From: Eledone cirrhosa | Lineage: Eukaryota | Assembly (NCBI GenBank): GCA_964016885.1 | Contig: CAXHJY010001550.1 | Span: forward strand, 1 to 51,628 | DNA length: 51,628 bases | Direction of reading: 5' to 3' | Shown here: one piece after another, positions 16,391-29,405 of the stretch | Position numbering within the stretch: the first letter of the stretch is position 1 | How the letters are laid out: each line of letters starts with the position of its first letter | The notes under the pieces: model-generated | The model's input: only the letters and a program-made list of their open reading frames with translations | What the model was told of the DNA's origin: nothing | Databases searched by the model: none | Position numbers and translations under genes: made by a program

Positions 16391-16461
16391 ATAATTATTT
16401 ATAAATATATATAAATATATATATATATATATCTATAAATATATATCTATAAATATATATC

Positions 16462-16503
<42 letters not shown>

Positions 16504-16537
16504 TATATCTATAAATATATATCTATAAATATATATC

Positions 16538-16579
<42 letters not shown>

Positions 16580-16592
16580 TATATATATAAAT

Positions 16593-16627
<35 letters not shown>

Positions 16628-16772
16628 AATATATATATAAATATATATGTAGGAGGTGAGTTTTATTGTAGTACAATAAAGCAATGCAGATATCGGATAA
16701 GAAGCACTCTACAGTTTGTAGGACTGGAGTATGCATAATATAAGATCAAAAGATGGTTAAAGGAGTTCCATG

Positions 16773-16843
16773 TATTTTATTATGCGCATTTCAAAAACAA
16801 ACATCATCATGCAATAATATTTGTGTTTTCATCAGATTAAACA
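16773..16843 (-). ncRNA. Type I hammerhead ribozyme motif (mirror copy)
   Basis: Plus strand shows tatgcgcatttc (16781-16792) ... tcatcag (16829-16835); one stem I mismatch relative to the other arm. Confidence 0.75.
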
Positions 16844-16947
16844 GGAGAACATGATATGAAGGCTAAAAAACACTTGTGGATAGTGCATATGTAGATTTAA
16901 AACTGCACTATCCACAAGTGTTTTTTAGCCTTCATATCATGTTCTGC

Positions 16948-17018
16948 TGTTTTATCTGATGAAAACACAAATATTATTGCATGATGATGTTTGTTTTTGA
17001 AATGCGCATAATAAAATA
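16948..17018 (+). ncRNA. Type I hammerhead ribozyme motif
   Basis: tgttttat-CTGATGA(16956-16962)-aaacacaaatattattgcatgatgatgtttgttttt-GAAA(16999-17002)-TGCGCA-TA-ataaaata; palindromic stem III ATGCGCAT; 8-bp stem I. Confidence 0.85.
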
Positions 17019-17090
17019 CATGGAACTCCTTTAACCATCTTTTGATCTTATATTATATAAATATATATATATATATATAAATATATATAA

Positions 17091-17141
<51 letters not shown>

Positions 17142-17144
17142 AAT

Positions 17145-17175
<31 letters not shown>

Positions 17176-17894
17176 AATAAATATATAGACTCTATATATA
17201 TATGTGTATATATACACACATATATGTATACTTGAATTTTTATAGCACAATGAGAATGTTTTCGTGTGAATTGGGAGTTTGTTTATAATTATGATATAAA
17301 CATATGAATTTTTTAAAACTAGATATAAGATCATTACTTTTCACACATTATAGATACATGTCTCATTCATGAATACTGGTACTTACATTATAATGCCTGT
17401 TTTATACGAACTAATATTTTCTACGGATAAAACATAGCGGTTTTAAATTCTGCATCGTTTATGTCTGGTTATGTTTCATTTTCTCTTTTTCATTTTCTCT
17501 TTTTTCTCTCTATATAACGGCTATTTTCTCTCTTAACTACATACATCTCTCTTTACATTAATACTAGAGCTAAATAAATAAATAAATAAATAAATAAATG
17601 TATCAACCGATACTCAACTTCCAAATTTCTCTATCTATCTTTTTCTTTTTTCCTCTCTCTATATATATTTCTCTCTGTTTCTTTACATGAAGTTCTTCTC
17701 TTTATCTATCTTTCTATATCCCTCTATTTAGTCACATGCATTTCTTCTTTTTCTTCGTTTCTCTTTCTTTCTCTCTTTATCTCTTTCTTTTTACAACTAT
17801 CCACAATATATTTCTTACTACCAAATCAACCTCCCAAATGCATGGTGATTGAAAGGTATGTCGTATCTATTTATTTATAAGACTGTTTATATTG

Positions 17895-17960
17895 TATTTT
17901 GTCTGAAGATGGCATAACATATTGTTAATATGATATCCCTGAAATATATATAACGAAATA
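17895..17960 (+). ncRNA. Type I hammerhead ribozyme motif at the end of an orphan PLE-like 3' region
   Basis: tattttgt-CTGAAGA(17903-17909)-stem II catatt/aatatg-GAAA(17941-17944)-TATATA-TA-acgaaata; 8-bp stem I with distal extension tatttataagactgt/atggttttataaata. Confidence 0.8.
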
Positions 17961-18091
17961 AATATGGTTTTATAAATATAGTTTCCATTTATTTAATATC
18001 ATAAATATACTCCAAATACTTGTTGAGTGCTTTTATATCAGTTATAAATATTTACTCGTTGTTAACCCAACAATTTAAATATAACTTTCCA

Positions 18092-19123
<1,032 letters not shown>

Positions 19124-19600
19124 ACCTCAGCCGAATCCGTCGCGCCCATGCTGACGTCGAAGGGTGAGTCGGGAGCTCTCTTTATCCATTTGGAGTTGTC
19201 GAAGAGTAAGACTGTCTTCCTGGCGTGGAGGACGATGTTTATTTCCTGGTCGGTGATAGGCACAAGTGTTTCGGCGAAGTCCAAGGCAGCCGTAAGTAGC
19301 GGTAAGGTGATTGAAGCATAGTAACTCTCTATGTCAAACTGGATGAATTTAGTGTCTCGTTTTTCCTCCATAGTGCTGAACCATGAGATCACTTCCTGGG
19401 TGTTGACCCATAGGCTAAGTCTGGCGTGTTGCTTAACTTTTGGGATAACGCGGTCTAGGATTTTTTTGCTGATTCTCCCTATGTCGGACTTCGTTGGGTT
19501 TATAAGCCTGATAGAAGGTTAACGGTTGAAATCGGATTTGTGGTCCTTCAGTGTGAAGTAGGGTGTCCGTGGGTCTAGGAGTTCCGTGAGGTCGGCGACC
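19124..19600 (-). pseudogene. Fragment of a second, GC-richer PLE reverse transcriptase
   Basis: [39 protein letters not shown]...[13 protein letters not shown]...[13 protein letters not shown], homologous to 15840-16290; cut by (TA)n before the catalytic DD. Confidence 0.88.
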
Positions 19601-19797
19601 CCCTAGTATCTTCTTTGACCTCCTGCCCAGCCGTAGTTGGCACTATCAACGCATGACTGGGTTTCCTCCACCCCCTCTCCCTCTTTCTTCTACTGGCAGG
19701 TTCAGCTACCCCTTCCCTCCACAAATTGCCATGATAGAATTATTATGTCTCAACAACAAACTTTTGACCGATCCTTGTGACAATCACTTATACCATT

Positions 19798-19893
19798 ACC
19801 CCCTGAGAAGCTCGGCTTTTCAAATACCAGGATAAAAATGTTCACCTAGTCCAGAATTAGCCGTCGAAACGGCTTGAGCTCAGCCGTCGGGGT
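19798..19893 (+). ncRNA. Type I hammerhead ribozyme motif with a variant core (CTGAGAA)
   Basis: acccc/ggggt stem I; CTGAGAA 19803-19809; stem II cggct/agccg; GAAA 19866-19869; stem III ACGGCT/AGCCGT with a self-complementary tgagctca loop; GUC site at 19888. Confidence 0.7.
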
Positions 19894-19984
19894 CCTACTC
19901 GTTCCTATTACCCACTCTACTACCCTAAGTATTGAGTACTTTGGTGCGTTATGGTCCACCTGGTTCCTTACCACATTTCCTTCG

Positions 19985-20089
<105 letters not shown>

Positions 20090-20236
20090 AATATATATTT
20101 AAAGGTTAAACAAGGTTCACTGAATAAATCAAGAATGAGTTTTACAATAGATTGGAGGCACTCAACATTTGGTTTTCCGGAGTTATTAATATTAATTCAA
20201 AATATTAACAAAAATAGACGTTCGTGCGATGAAGTA

Positions 20237-20303
20237 TATTTTATTACACATATTTCAGAGGTACTGAGCTATCTTAAACAGTACGTCCTCATCAGATAAA
20301 ATA
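20237..20303 (-). ncRNA. Type I hammerhead ribozyme motif (same family as 45014-45420)
   Basis: Minus strand: tattttat-CTGATGA-ggacgtactg...cagtacctct-GAAA-TATGTG-TA-ataaaata; flanks 20100-20345 align with 45180-45420. Confidence 0.83.
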
Positions 20304-20478
20304 AGATGATGGATGACATACGCTTACTTAGTAGATGGTTAAGACTCAGTCATTGTAATATGACTACCATGACTGAATCTTAACATATATATATATATAT
20401 TTCCCATTTTGACGCTATAGTCACTTATATATTATGGAATACTGTTGGCTTTTTGCTACAATGTTTTCTATACCTTTC

Positions 20479-20550
<72 letters not shown>

Positions 20551-20553
<3 letters not shown>

Positions 20554-21220
20554 TCAAATTGTAAGGGACCGGATTCGCTAAGGTGAAAAGAATACTAACT
20601 ATAGACAATTGGGTTTGCTTGTCTCAATTTAAGAAAAAATTAAGAAAATAAATTCTTTCTTAGAGCTATTTTGTTGTAAGAGACTATTTTGAGTTCCTAA
20701 CTCAATATATACCCTTGATATATTCGGCTCCGTTAATTTGTTGAGCTATTTCAAATGTCGAATAAACCTGGCTGTTATTTTTGTGAGACACCCTAAGATA
20801 CCATGTGCGCTAGTATATATATCACACTATTCAGTTACTTAATATAATTAGAAGTGTTTGGATACTAATTCATCACCCACTGATGAGCTTGAATTGGTAA
20901 TTCTATTCACAATTAACATTGCGAAACAACAACAAGTTGTCTGGGTGATTGATAGTTACCACAATTCCGGTTTGTATTTATTTTCTTAATGTTTTCTTAA
21001 ATTGAGACAAGCAAACCCAATTGTCTATAATTGGTATTCTTTTCTCCTTAGCGAATCCGGTCCCTTATGATTTGAACATATATATATATATATATCTGTC
21101 TTTGTTTTTCTTTTATATTCTATTATAATATACGGCTCGGAAATATCTCTTTCTTAGAGCTATTTTGTTGTAAGAGACTATTTTGAGTTCCTAACTCAAT
21201 ATATATACCTTTGATATATA
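20551..21220 (+). mobile_element. Second hammerhead-bearing non-coding element: inverted ~103-bp cap, ~494-nt unit and start of a tandem copy
   Basis: 20551-20653 is the reverse complement of 20976-21078; tctttcttagagctattttgttgtaagagac starts at 20654 and again at 21148. Confidence 0.78.
20872..20949 (+). ncRNA. Canonical type I hammerhead ribozyme (GUC site at 20941)
   Basis: atcaccca/tgggtgat 8-bp stem I; CTGATGA 20880-20886; stem II closed by gc/gc with aattg/caatt; GAAA 20923-20926; stem III ACAAC-aacaa-GTTGT; C17. Confidence 0.9.
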
Positions 21221-21261
21221 CCTTTGATATAAATATATATATATACATAAATATATATATA

Positions 21262-21361
21262 TATAACAAAGGAATTGTGGTAAGGAACCAGATGGACCAT
21301 AACGGCTATTTCTGTACTCGTCCAGAAATAGCCGTCGAAACGACTTGAGCTCTGCCATCGG
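21262..21361. mobile_element. Rearranged fragment of the 19600-19990 element: inverted 3' end joined to the 3' half of the hammerhead
   Basis: 21262-21304 is the reverse complement of 19947-19990; 21321-21361 repeats 19851-19890; hairpin acggctatttctg/cagaaatagccgt. Confidence 0.75.
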
Positions 21362-21392
21362 CGTCATACTTTTTCCTATATATATCTATCTG

Positions 21393-21440
<48 letters not shown>

Positions 21441-21701
21441 TATATATAAATATAAATAAATATATAAATATATATATATATAAGAGAGAGAGAGGGAGAG
21501 AGGCATTCATACATACATATATCTATCTATATATAAATATGTATTATAAATGTGTGTGTATATATATAAGTTGAAATAAAATGAAAACGAAATTTCATTT
21601 CTCACTCTTAGTACGGCACTTACTTAAATGTAAGTATATATTGTACTATATATATACACACATACTTACATATATATATATATATAGTACAATATATATA
21701 T

Positions 21702-21812
21702 AAACAAAACACACATACAAAACGAAGTCATTAGTTTTAAACAAAACACACATACAAAACGAAGTCATTAGTTTTAAACAAAACACACATACAAAACGAA
21801 GTCATTAGTTTT
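21702..21812. repeat. 37-bp tandem repeat, three copies
   Basis: aaacaaaacacacatacaaaacgaagtcattagtttt at 21702, 21739 and 21776. Confidence 0.93.
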
Positions 21813-21848
21813 ACACACACACATATCTATATATATATATATATATAA

Positions 21849-21884
<36 letters not shown>

Positions 21885-22655
21885 GCGTGTGCGTGTGTGT
21901 GCGTGTGCGCACGCATATACACGTACAACAGCAGAGAATGTGTGGCATATATAAAAACGTTAAAAGCAAATATAAGGAATCGGAAGAAAGAAAAAAAAAA
22001 GATTATCTTGATATAAAGGGGTATGGAATGGAATGAGGAGTGGGAAGAGATAAAGAGTAATGTGATAGACTTAAAATTAGGCTGTCATAAGAATTAATGA
22101 GGCATTAATTAATGAGAAAATTGACGAAATTTCATCATGAAATTATCATGAAATTAAGGAGTCGCTATATCTGACAAATTAATACAAACGTGTTGTATCG
22201 AGTGATTTTTGTTTTCACGAACTCCACAACGAGCAACGTGTTCAAAATATTGATAATCGGAGAGAATGAGTATTTAATTGAACAGAAAAGAGTATCTAAT
22301 TTATAGAAATGGAGCAATAATTCTAGATATTTGTTTAATAGGTTGTGACACATATTTTAGGTGGATTCTAACATGTAATGATGTATGTCTTCTTTCGGTT
22401 TTTTTATCTTTTCACACACACACACACATATATATGCACACACGCAGAGATATATTGATAACCAATTGTTGGTTGCATGTGTGTGAATACGGAAAAATGC
22501 AACGTAAGGACCTACATGTGCATACATATACACACATATATACACATATGTATGTATAAGCGTATATATATTTACATATATATTTATATACATATAAATA
22601 TACACGCACATATTCATACATATATATATATAAATACACACGCACATATTCATAC

Positions 22656-22688
<33 letters not shown>

Positions 22689-23548
22689 CACACACACTAT
22701 GTATATATAAAGTTGGTACTTAAATGATTAATTAGGAAAGAAAGGTGATCTTCAATAAGATATTTTATGCTTAATTTTTGTCTACTATTCTTTTCTCCGT
22801 CACACACACACACATATATATATATAATGTAGGCTACGGTATCAATGTTTAATATTGAATACATTTCGTGCGTCAAATAAAATTATAAGCCAAATTAACA
22901 TAAGTAATTGCTCCCTTTTTGCTAAGAAATGTGTGAAATTCTACTGAAAACGAGGAACTGTTGTGGCTTCGATTTTCTTAAACAATATAGCCGAATACGT
23001 AAAGCCTCAATAATTAACGCCATTTATAGACTCGCGTCATGATCTTCAGTCAATTATTATGTTTGGCAGCTCATACTCTGCTATTTCTGAACTTAAGTTC
23101 GACTTCCTTAAGTCATATGTGATAGAAATTTGATCCAAATTGTTAATGACATTATTTTAATCATGTTGTAGCTGTACAGTCTTGTCTTGGAGGGTCTTTG
23201 ATGTATAAAAGGAATTCACAATCGAAACAAAAAAAAATCATACAGACGAAAATTCTTTTGCTATCTCTGATGTCTAATATCTGAAAAAATACTTCAATAT
23301 TATTTGACAAAGCAAGATATGGTATCGAATTATACATAAGACACAGACAGTTGCACTAACCTCTTTCTCTCTCCCACCCTAATTATCTATATATCTATTA
23401 TATCTACAGAAGTAGTGAAATAAATTTATTCAATGTAGTGCGTTATTTGCTTTGTTATTTCTGTTTAATTTTTACATACACACACACAAACACACATACA
23501 TGTAAGTAACAGTTTGGTAAATATATCCAAGTTAAAGAGCAACCCAAG

Positions 23549-23699
23549 TCGTATTTCCCGGCGCAGAAGACGCTTCATCCTAGAGGACGCAGCCTAATTT
23601 TAGCAAAAAATAATAAACAATCTTCGGTCTCCAGGACGCATGGTAGATCTTTGAAACTTATATGAAAAAAAATAGCGTCTTCGATTCCGGGAAATATGG
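23549..23699. mobile_element. Tc2/pogo-like MITE (~150 bp)
   Basis: Imperfect TIRs cgtatttcccggcgcagaagacgc / gcgtcttcgattccgggaaatatgg; inverted relative to copies at 24399 and 31958. Confidence 0.75.
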
Positions 23700-23940
23700 T
23701 AATTATTAAGACCAATGGTGCCGTTATAGTAAATGGCCTTAAGCATATTACATATATGTATCAGCAGAAATTACACACAGTTGCACAAAACGACCAGATA
23801 CCTGCATTTTTACCGTGTGAGCCATTTTGCTGGTGGGAAATTTCGTGTAGTAAAGTGGAATTGCTCTTCCGAGCCCAGTTTTTGCAACAGTTTATTACCC
23901 CTCCCCCAGGAATGATACAAACATCCGCCTATTATTATAG

Positions 23941-24132
23941 GGTGGTGGAGTGGCAGTATTGGTAGAGACTCGGATGACATGCTTTGCAGTATAGAGTTAC
24001 TGCACTTTACGGTCTGAGTTCAAATCCCGCCGAGGTTAACTTTGCCTTTCATCCTTACGGGGTCGATAAAATAAAATACCAGTTATGCACTGGGATAATT
24101 GCTGGCCTTGTGCCAACAGTAGATAATTATTA
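23941..24132 (+). mobile_element. Nin-domain tRNA-derived SINE
   Basis: Matches the copy at 5226-5408 along its length. Confidence 0.85.
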
Positions 24133-24398
24133 TAGGAATTGTTTCTATTTTCCTCATCCGCATTCGTTTTATTTCTAACATTATATAGATATATGGAGTG
24201 GGTAGAAAATCAATTGGAAGACATTTTCGTCTTTGTGGTTTTTTTTTTATTAGGTCGGTTGGATTTCACATCCCAGAATATGCTTGGTTTATCATTCCTC
24301 CACTTTTTCTGGCATAACTTCCAATGTATGTAAATCATAACCATCATGTTTATAGGTGTATTCTTTTTGGCTAAGTCTGGGCAGCCAGATAATATACA

Positions 24399-24561
24399 CT
24401 TTATTTCCCGGCATCGAAGACGCTACTTTTTTCCTTAAAATAAGTCTCAAAAATCTACCATGTGTCCTGGAGACCGAAGGTTGTTTATTTTTCAAATATT
24501 TGGTTGCCAAAATTAGGGTGCGTCCTCGAGGACGAATCATCTTCGGCGCCGGGAAATACGG
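24399..24561. mobile_element. Tc2/pogo-like MITE
   Basis: TIRs tatttcccggcatcgaagacg / cttcggcgccgggaaatacgg followed by TA; a solo end recurs at 24713-24749. Confidence 0.78.
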
Positions 24562-25176
24562 TATATATTAACGGTTTGATTTATTATATATTATTCACTA
24601 TTTCACCTATAGGTAGGTCTCTCTAGAAATAGGCTTGGGAGCGCTGAGGGTTGCCGTGAGGGGGACAGTGGCACAAACTGTTTGAGTACCTAACGAAACA
24701 TTTTATTTATTCTCGAAGACGAAGCGTCTTCGGCGCCGGGGAATACGGTTGTTAATTGTTTCTTTACCTACCACCACATATCCTGCAGTTACTCTGTTCT
24801 GATTTATTAAGTATTAATGGATTAGTGGTGATCTCTCGATGGTGGGAGGGAAACTTTGACACAGTACTGCAATTAGAAATCCGTCAGTCTTGGATTTTAG
24901 GCCAGTGCTCTGTAACCAGTTTTGTGAATTTAGCTTGACCACTTCCTTCCCATAGAGTCCTTTCCATTCCCTCTTCCCCTTTTTTTATTCTTCTTTTTCT
25001 CTATATTTACCTATTTTACATTACATTTTTCCCAATCTAAATTCTTTTTTTCTTCTTTTTCTATTAAACTGTATTTCCATAAATAAAAGACGCTAACGTT
25101 TAATTGGATATTGGCCATGAAGCAGTTTTCTTACAATCGTATTAACATAGCGTTCTAGATTTATTATTATTATTAC

Positions 25177-25575
25177 TATCGGTAGAGCGTCAGATACCAT
25201 GCTTTGCAGCATAGAGTTATGGTCCTTTACGTTCTGAGTTCAAATCCCGCCGAGTTTAACTTTGCCTTTCATTTTTACGGGATCGATAAAATAAAGTACC
25301 AGTAAGGTACTGGGGTAATTGCTGGCCTTGTGCCAAAAGTAGAAACATTATTATTATTAAAGGCGGTAGATTGGCAGAACCAGAGCGTCGGAAAACATGT
25401 TTTTCAGCATAAAGTTACGACCCTTTACGGTCCGAGTTGAAATCCCGCCGAGTTTTGCTTGGCCTTTCATCCTTACGAGGTTGATAAAATAAAGCTCCAG
25501 TAAGTACAGGGGTAGATTTAATCGACTCTCCTCCTCGCCCCAACTCGCTGGCCTTGTACCTAAAGTAGAAACAAT
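25177..25575 (+). mobile_element. Two tandem Nin-domain SINEs (25177-25357 short form; 25362-25575 long form)
   Basis: Both carry the B box and Nin-like core; the first ends in (ATT)n. Confidence 0.85.
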
Positions 25576-25589
25576 TCTTATCAGTAGTA

Positions 25590-27600
25590 TTCTATCTATA
25601 TACGATCTAGATGGCCCTATGCGGTTGGTCCAGGTCCACACTGGCGCACGAGAGAAATCTAGTCGGTACATGTTAGACAAAACAGGCTAATGAAGTACTT
25701 GAAGCGTTTACACTCCCCACTCCTATCACCTCCTCCCACAAAATCCCAGCGCGCGTCTAAAATGCCGTTCCAGACCTCCGCTAACAGGAAAGGGCGAGAC
25801 CTTCCCAGAAATGCTTCCTGGTGCCCAAAAAGTACGGCCGTTCGGCCCGGGCCGGGGTGTAGCCGGCCACCTGTCTAAAGGCACTACCTTTGCTATTGTT
25901 TACGTCCAGGACCACCAACTTACCGTCAGGTCCCGGAAGATCAACCTTATCTCGAGATCCAGGCCTTTCTTAAACAGCACTGCCATCCCACCCCGCATTC
26001 TCGACTGGGTAACAGCTGGGAAGATCTGACAGACGTTGGAAATTGGGGATAGTGTGCGTTGCTCAGAAATCCTGCTGACGGCAGCCACATCAATATCTAG
26101 ATACCTGAGGTCATTGAGCAGGCGACCCTGCTTCCAGGACGACCACAAACCACGAATATTTATGCATCCTACTCTTAGGATCACCATGTTGGCAGGTTAA
26201 AGAAGAGGGAGGAAAGGCTTACTTACCTCCCAATGGCTTGTGGAGGTCGGGTATTTCGACCTCCATCGTTGGTTGGGTTTCCATAGGGAACCCCTTTAAA
26301 AGTCTACTCGAGGCGTTTACATTAGAGGTTCCCACGTCGGGAAAGCTCTCTTTAATGTCTTTATAAGTTTATTCGCATCCGCACCATCCGCAGTGTTTTG
26401 GGGACTTGGAAGGTGCACGTGCCAAAAGTCTCTCTCTCTTTCTACATGTCTTGACGTCGTGTTACAAGGGCCACGAGTTTTTTGTCGGACCTTCCTAGTA
26501 ACACTCTTAAGTGTCCGTACCTCCACAATGATGAGAACGGTTTTTTTTTATCTTCAATGATTACCACTCCATCTGGTAAGTAAATGTGGTCAGGGGTGTT
26601 TTCCATCTTCTCTGGTTTGATATATAAGATAATTTCTAAACATATTACTGACCAGTGTTGTCTCCGGGTGCGCTTGACTTCCAAGTGTGTGTAACGACCC
26701 TCTCGTATCTCATAGGACCCACCAGACGTTCAGTCATGGAGGGCTACCACCGATTCTGTCCCTTACAGTCTTTTTTCCACGGTACGAAGGATATAGAATG
26801 TATTGGTCTGTCCGCATGGAAGCCACAAAGTGTTTGACGGCCAGGTCTTCTGTTTTAAAGAACACTAAATGTTCCACCTATTGCTTGACTCTGGTAATAT
26901 GTCCTATATCGGGCATAATGTCTTTTAGGGCCTTTTTGCACTTGGTATGGTCGTCTCGATTTCATCGTCACAGTTCTGTATATTAAAGTTTTCTTTTCTT
27001 TAGCCGCTAACACCTCGGACGGGGTGACTATTTCCGCTCTTGCATTTTGCGTTTAGATTAATTGGGCGGCTTGTTCTAAGAGTTCATCTTTATTTAGGAT
27101 GTCCAGAACGAATAGTTCAGTGGCTTTCGCTGCCCTAGCTGCGAACGTAGTTTTGTCATTGTCGCTGCTGTGCCTTCATTTCCACTGTTGCTGTCGTTGG
27201 ATGTGGTGGTCGTATTCTTGTTGCTCATGTCGATATCATTTATGTTGTCGCCGTCGTGTGCGTTCGTTTCCGTTGTTTCAGTGGTGGTGATGTAAGTGGT
27301 GTTGGCCGCGCCTGCCATCGTTGCGGCGGCATTCACCGTGCTAAACATTGGAAGAGTTGTAGAGTTCGCTTTGTTTTCAAGTGATACATTTTGGTTGCGT
27401 CTGTTGCTCGTGCTGCTATCATTGTTTTCAGAATGTTGGCTGTTCCACTCTATGGACAGCCCCGCCATCCCATTTAGCGGACACAACATTTTTTGTCCGC
27501 CAACTTAACTTTCGCAGAAACTTGAGGGGGGCGTGTTTCTAAAACAAACACAGATTTGGCTCCTAAGTGCTTCAAGTGGAGCCAAGAAAACCCAACTCAC
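25590..27600 (-). pseudogene. Inverted 5' half of a decayed L1/Tx1-like LINE (ORF1 remnants and ORF2 endonuclease domain)
   Basis: MVILRVGCINIRGLWSSWKQGRLLNDLR (from 26187) and YRLDFSRAPVWTWTNRIGPSRSYIDR align with ORF2 at 8906-9515; upstream Thr/Asn-rich and decayed zinc-knuckle-like frames fit ORF1. Confidence 0.82.
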
Positions 27601-27779
27601 AATGATGCTGGCTCACTTAGCTTCAAAACAATATCAAATTTTCAATGCAAAGGGTTGAATAGCATGTAAAATAGAACAAACTTACGGTAGCGATGTGACC
27701 CACGTCTTAAAAGACTGAACCATAGTCATAATAACGGCTTACAACGCCTCTCTGCGGTCGATATTTTGATCTGTTAAAG

Positions 27780-29405
27780 GCCGATAACTTCAACCGAAAT
27801 TCGGGATGACGTAGTCAGCTGCACGAGGCGCAAGTCAGCCAGTTTGAATGGTCTGCCATACGAGATTTACGTAGATATGCCAGACTTTTTCTCTGATCTA
27901 CTCGAAGCGCTCTACTGCAACTAACAGCAGAACGGGAGTATTCTCAGTTCTGTGAGCCAGGGCGTAGTGACGCTAATGAGAACAAGAGGGACATGTAAGA
28001 TAACTCTAGGCCCATAACTCTGTTCAACACTGAGATTAAGATTTTGGCCAAGGTGTTAGCGACGAGGATGGCGCTTGTCGTTGAGAATTTGGTAGGGGAG
28101 GCACAAATCCCGACCAGGTCCATACACGACAGACTCAACCTCACGCGATACATCATAGGAGGGTAGAATGTAAACTTGGCTTCGTTGGGACTCTGATCAA
28201 TTTAGATTAATTGAAAGCTTTCGATAGGGTCGATCATCGATACCAGGAGGCCGTACTCAAAGCAGCTTCTTGGAGGAATATGAAAGGTTGACAGGAGTAA
28301 AACTAACCCGGGGAAAAATCGCTGGGCTTACAGCTCGGCAACTGTAGAGGTGAGTCCATGCCGTCGTCTGGCGCTGGACGGACGGACCGGTAAAGTTGTT
28401 CGAGGTTTGGTTCGGACCAGACCTCCATGTGGATAAAAATTGGGAGGAGGTCACGATCAAGGTAGCCACTCTCACCAAGAAATGGGCCGGGAGGAACCTG
28501 TCTCTGAAAGGTTGGGTGGAGGAGGCGAACGCGTTCATCGCGTCCGTAATCTACTACCACCTGACCGTTGTACCTTTCCCTCGTTCGCTCCTCTTCAACA
28601 TTTTGTGGAGGGAACAGCTTCTGGTGGTGAGGTGGTCCATCTGCTGCCGGCACCTTCTACGCCGTGGCTAATGATGTGCATCTCCAGATATTCTGTTTAA
28701 ACGGTGAATAGTCTCTTCCAGAGGACTTCGTGCTGGGGACTATGGAAAACTACCAGAAATCCTTCGTTTGGCAGTGCTACCGGTTTGATATAAACTCTCC
28801 ATGCACGGCAGTGCTGTCAGACGGACCTGCCCGAGAGGCGCGCAGAGCGACGAAACTGTTCTGCATACACTTGTCCATAGTGAAGATCGATGCTCCGTCT
28901 TCTTTTGACCGGGAAGGACAGGCAGTTTTCTTCTGTCTGTTGGCGGTAGCGAAAGAGATTGTGTTGCAGACCAAGTTGAAAGGACTGAAGGCAGACACTT
29001 TTTTCTTCAGCCAATCCCTCATCAACTTCTTCAAGTTTCACTTGTAAAGGAAGGTGAGGGTGGAGGGAGAAATGCTCCCCCCCCCCACTACATTTGCTAA
29101 AAGGTGGGTGAATGTAGCCTGTGTGAATGGGCCAACACTGAGCATGCGCCTGTAGGCTGGCTAATTTGAGGAGGAGAGGGGTACGCTTTCCGGGTAACCT
29201 CGAAGCATCAGTTGGTTTGGATTAGTGGGGTACCTCAAAAGTCCTTGGGTGGCTATCCTCCCCCAATGGGGAATTTTCATTGTTGTATTTTTTTTGTTAT
29301 TTTGTTATAGTTAATTATATTGTTTACACTTATTTTTATAAAACCCCACTGTCCTTGTCTTTTGTATTCTCCCGTATATGTCGGCGGCCCTTGTGGCCAA
29401 TAAAG
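27780..29405 (+). pseudogene. 3' half of the decayed L1/Tx1-like LINE (RT fragments, C-terminus, 3'UTR), internally deleted
   Basis: Nucleotide similarity to 10220-12600 (GLPYEIY, AFDRVDH, VWFGPDLHVDKNWEEV, MENYQKSFVWQCYR); QG/YADD block deleted near 28265; 3' end gcccttgtggccaataaa. Confidence 0.88.

Larger units (their letters stand above)
13363..16395 (-). mobile_element. Penelope-like retroelement, 5'-truncated: RT, GIY-YIG endonuclease, ~900-nt 3' region with hammerhead
   Basis: Three consecutive minus-strand ORFs form one PLE protein; a hammerhead lies near the 3' end on the same strand; both ends abut (TA)n. Confidence 0.9.
16735..17056. repeat. Fold-back palindrome, ~153-bp arms (16735-16887 / 16904-17056), 16-nt spacer, each arm carrying a hammerhead
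   Basis: Arms are reverse complements with about two mismatches. Confidence 0.95.

Noticed and set aside
21702-21812. 37-bp repeats as a CRISPR array
   Set aside because: Contiguous with no spacers, no cas genes, eukaryotic context
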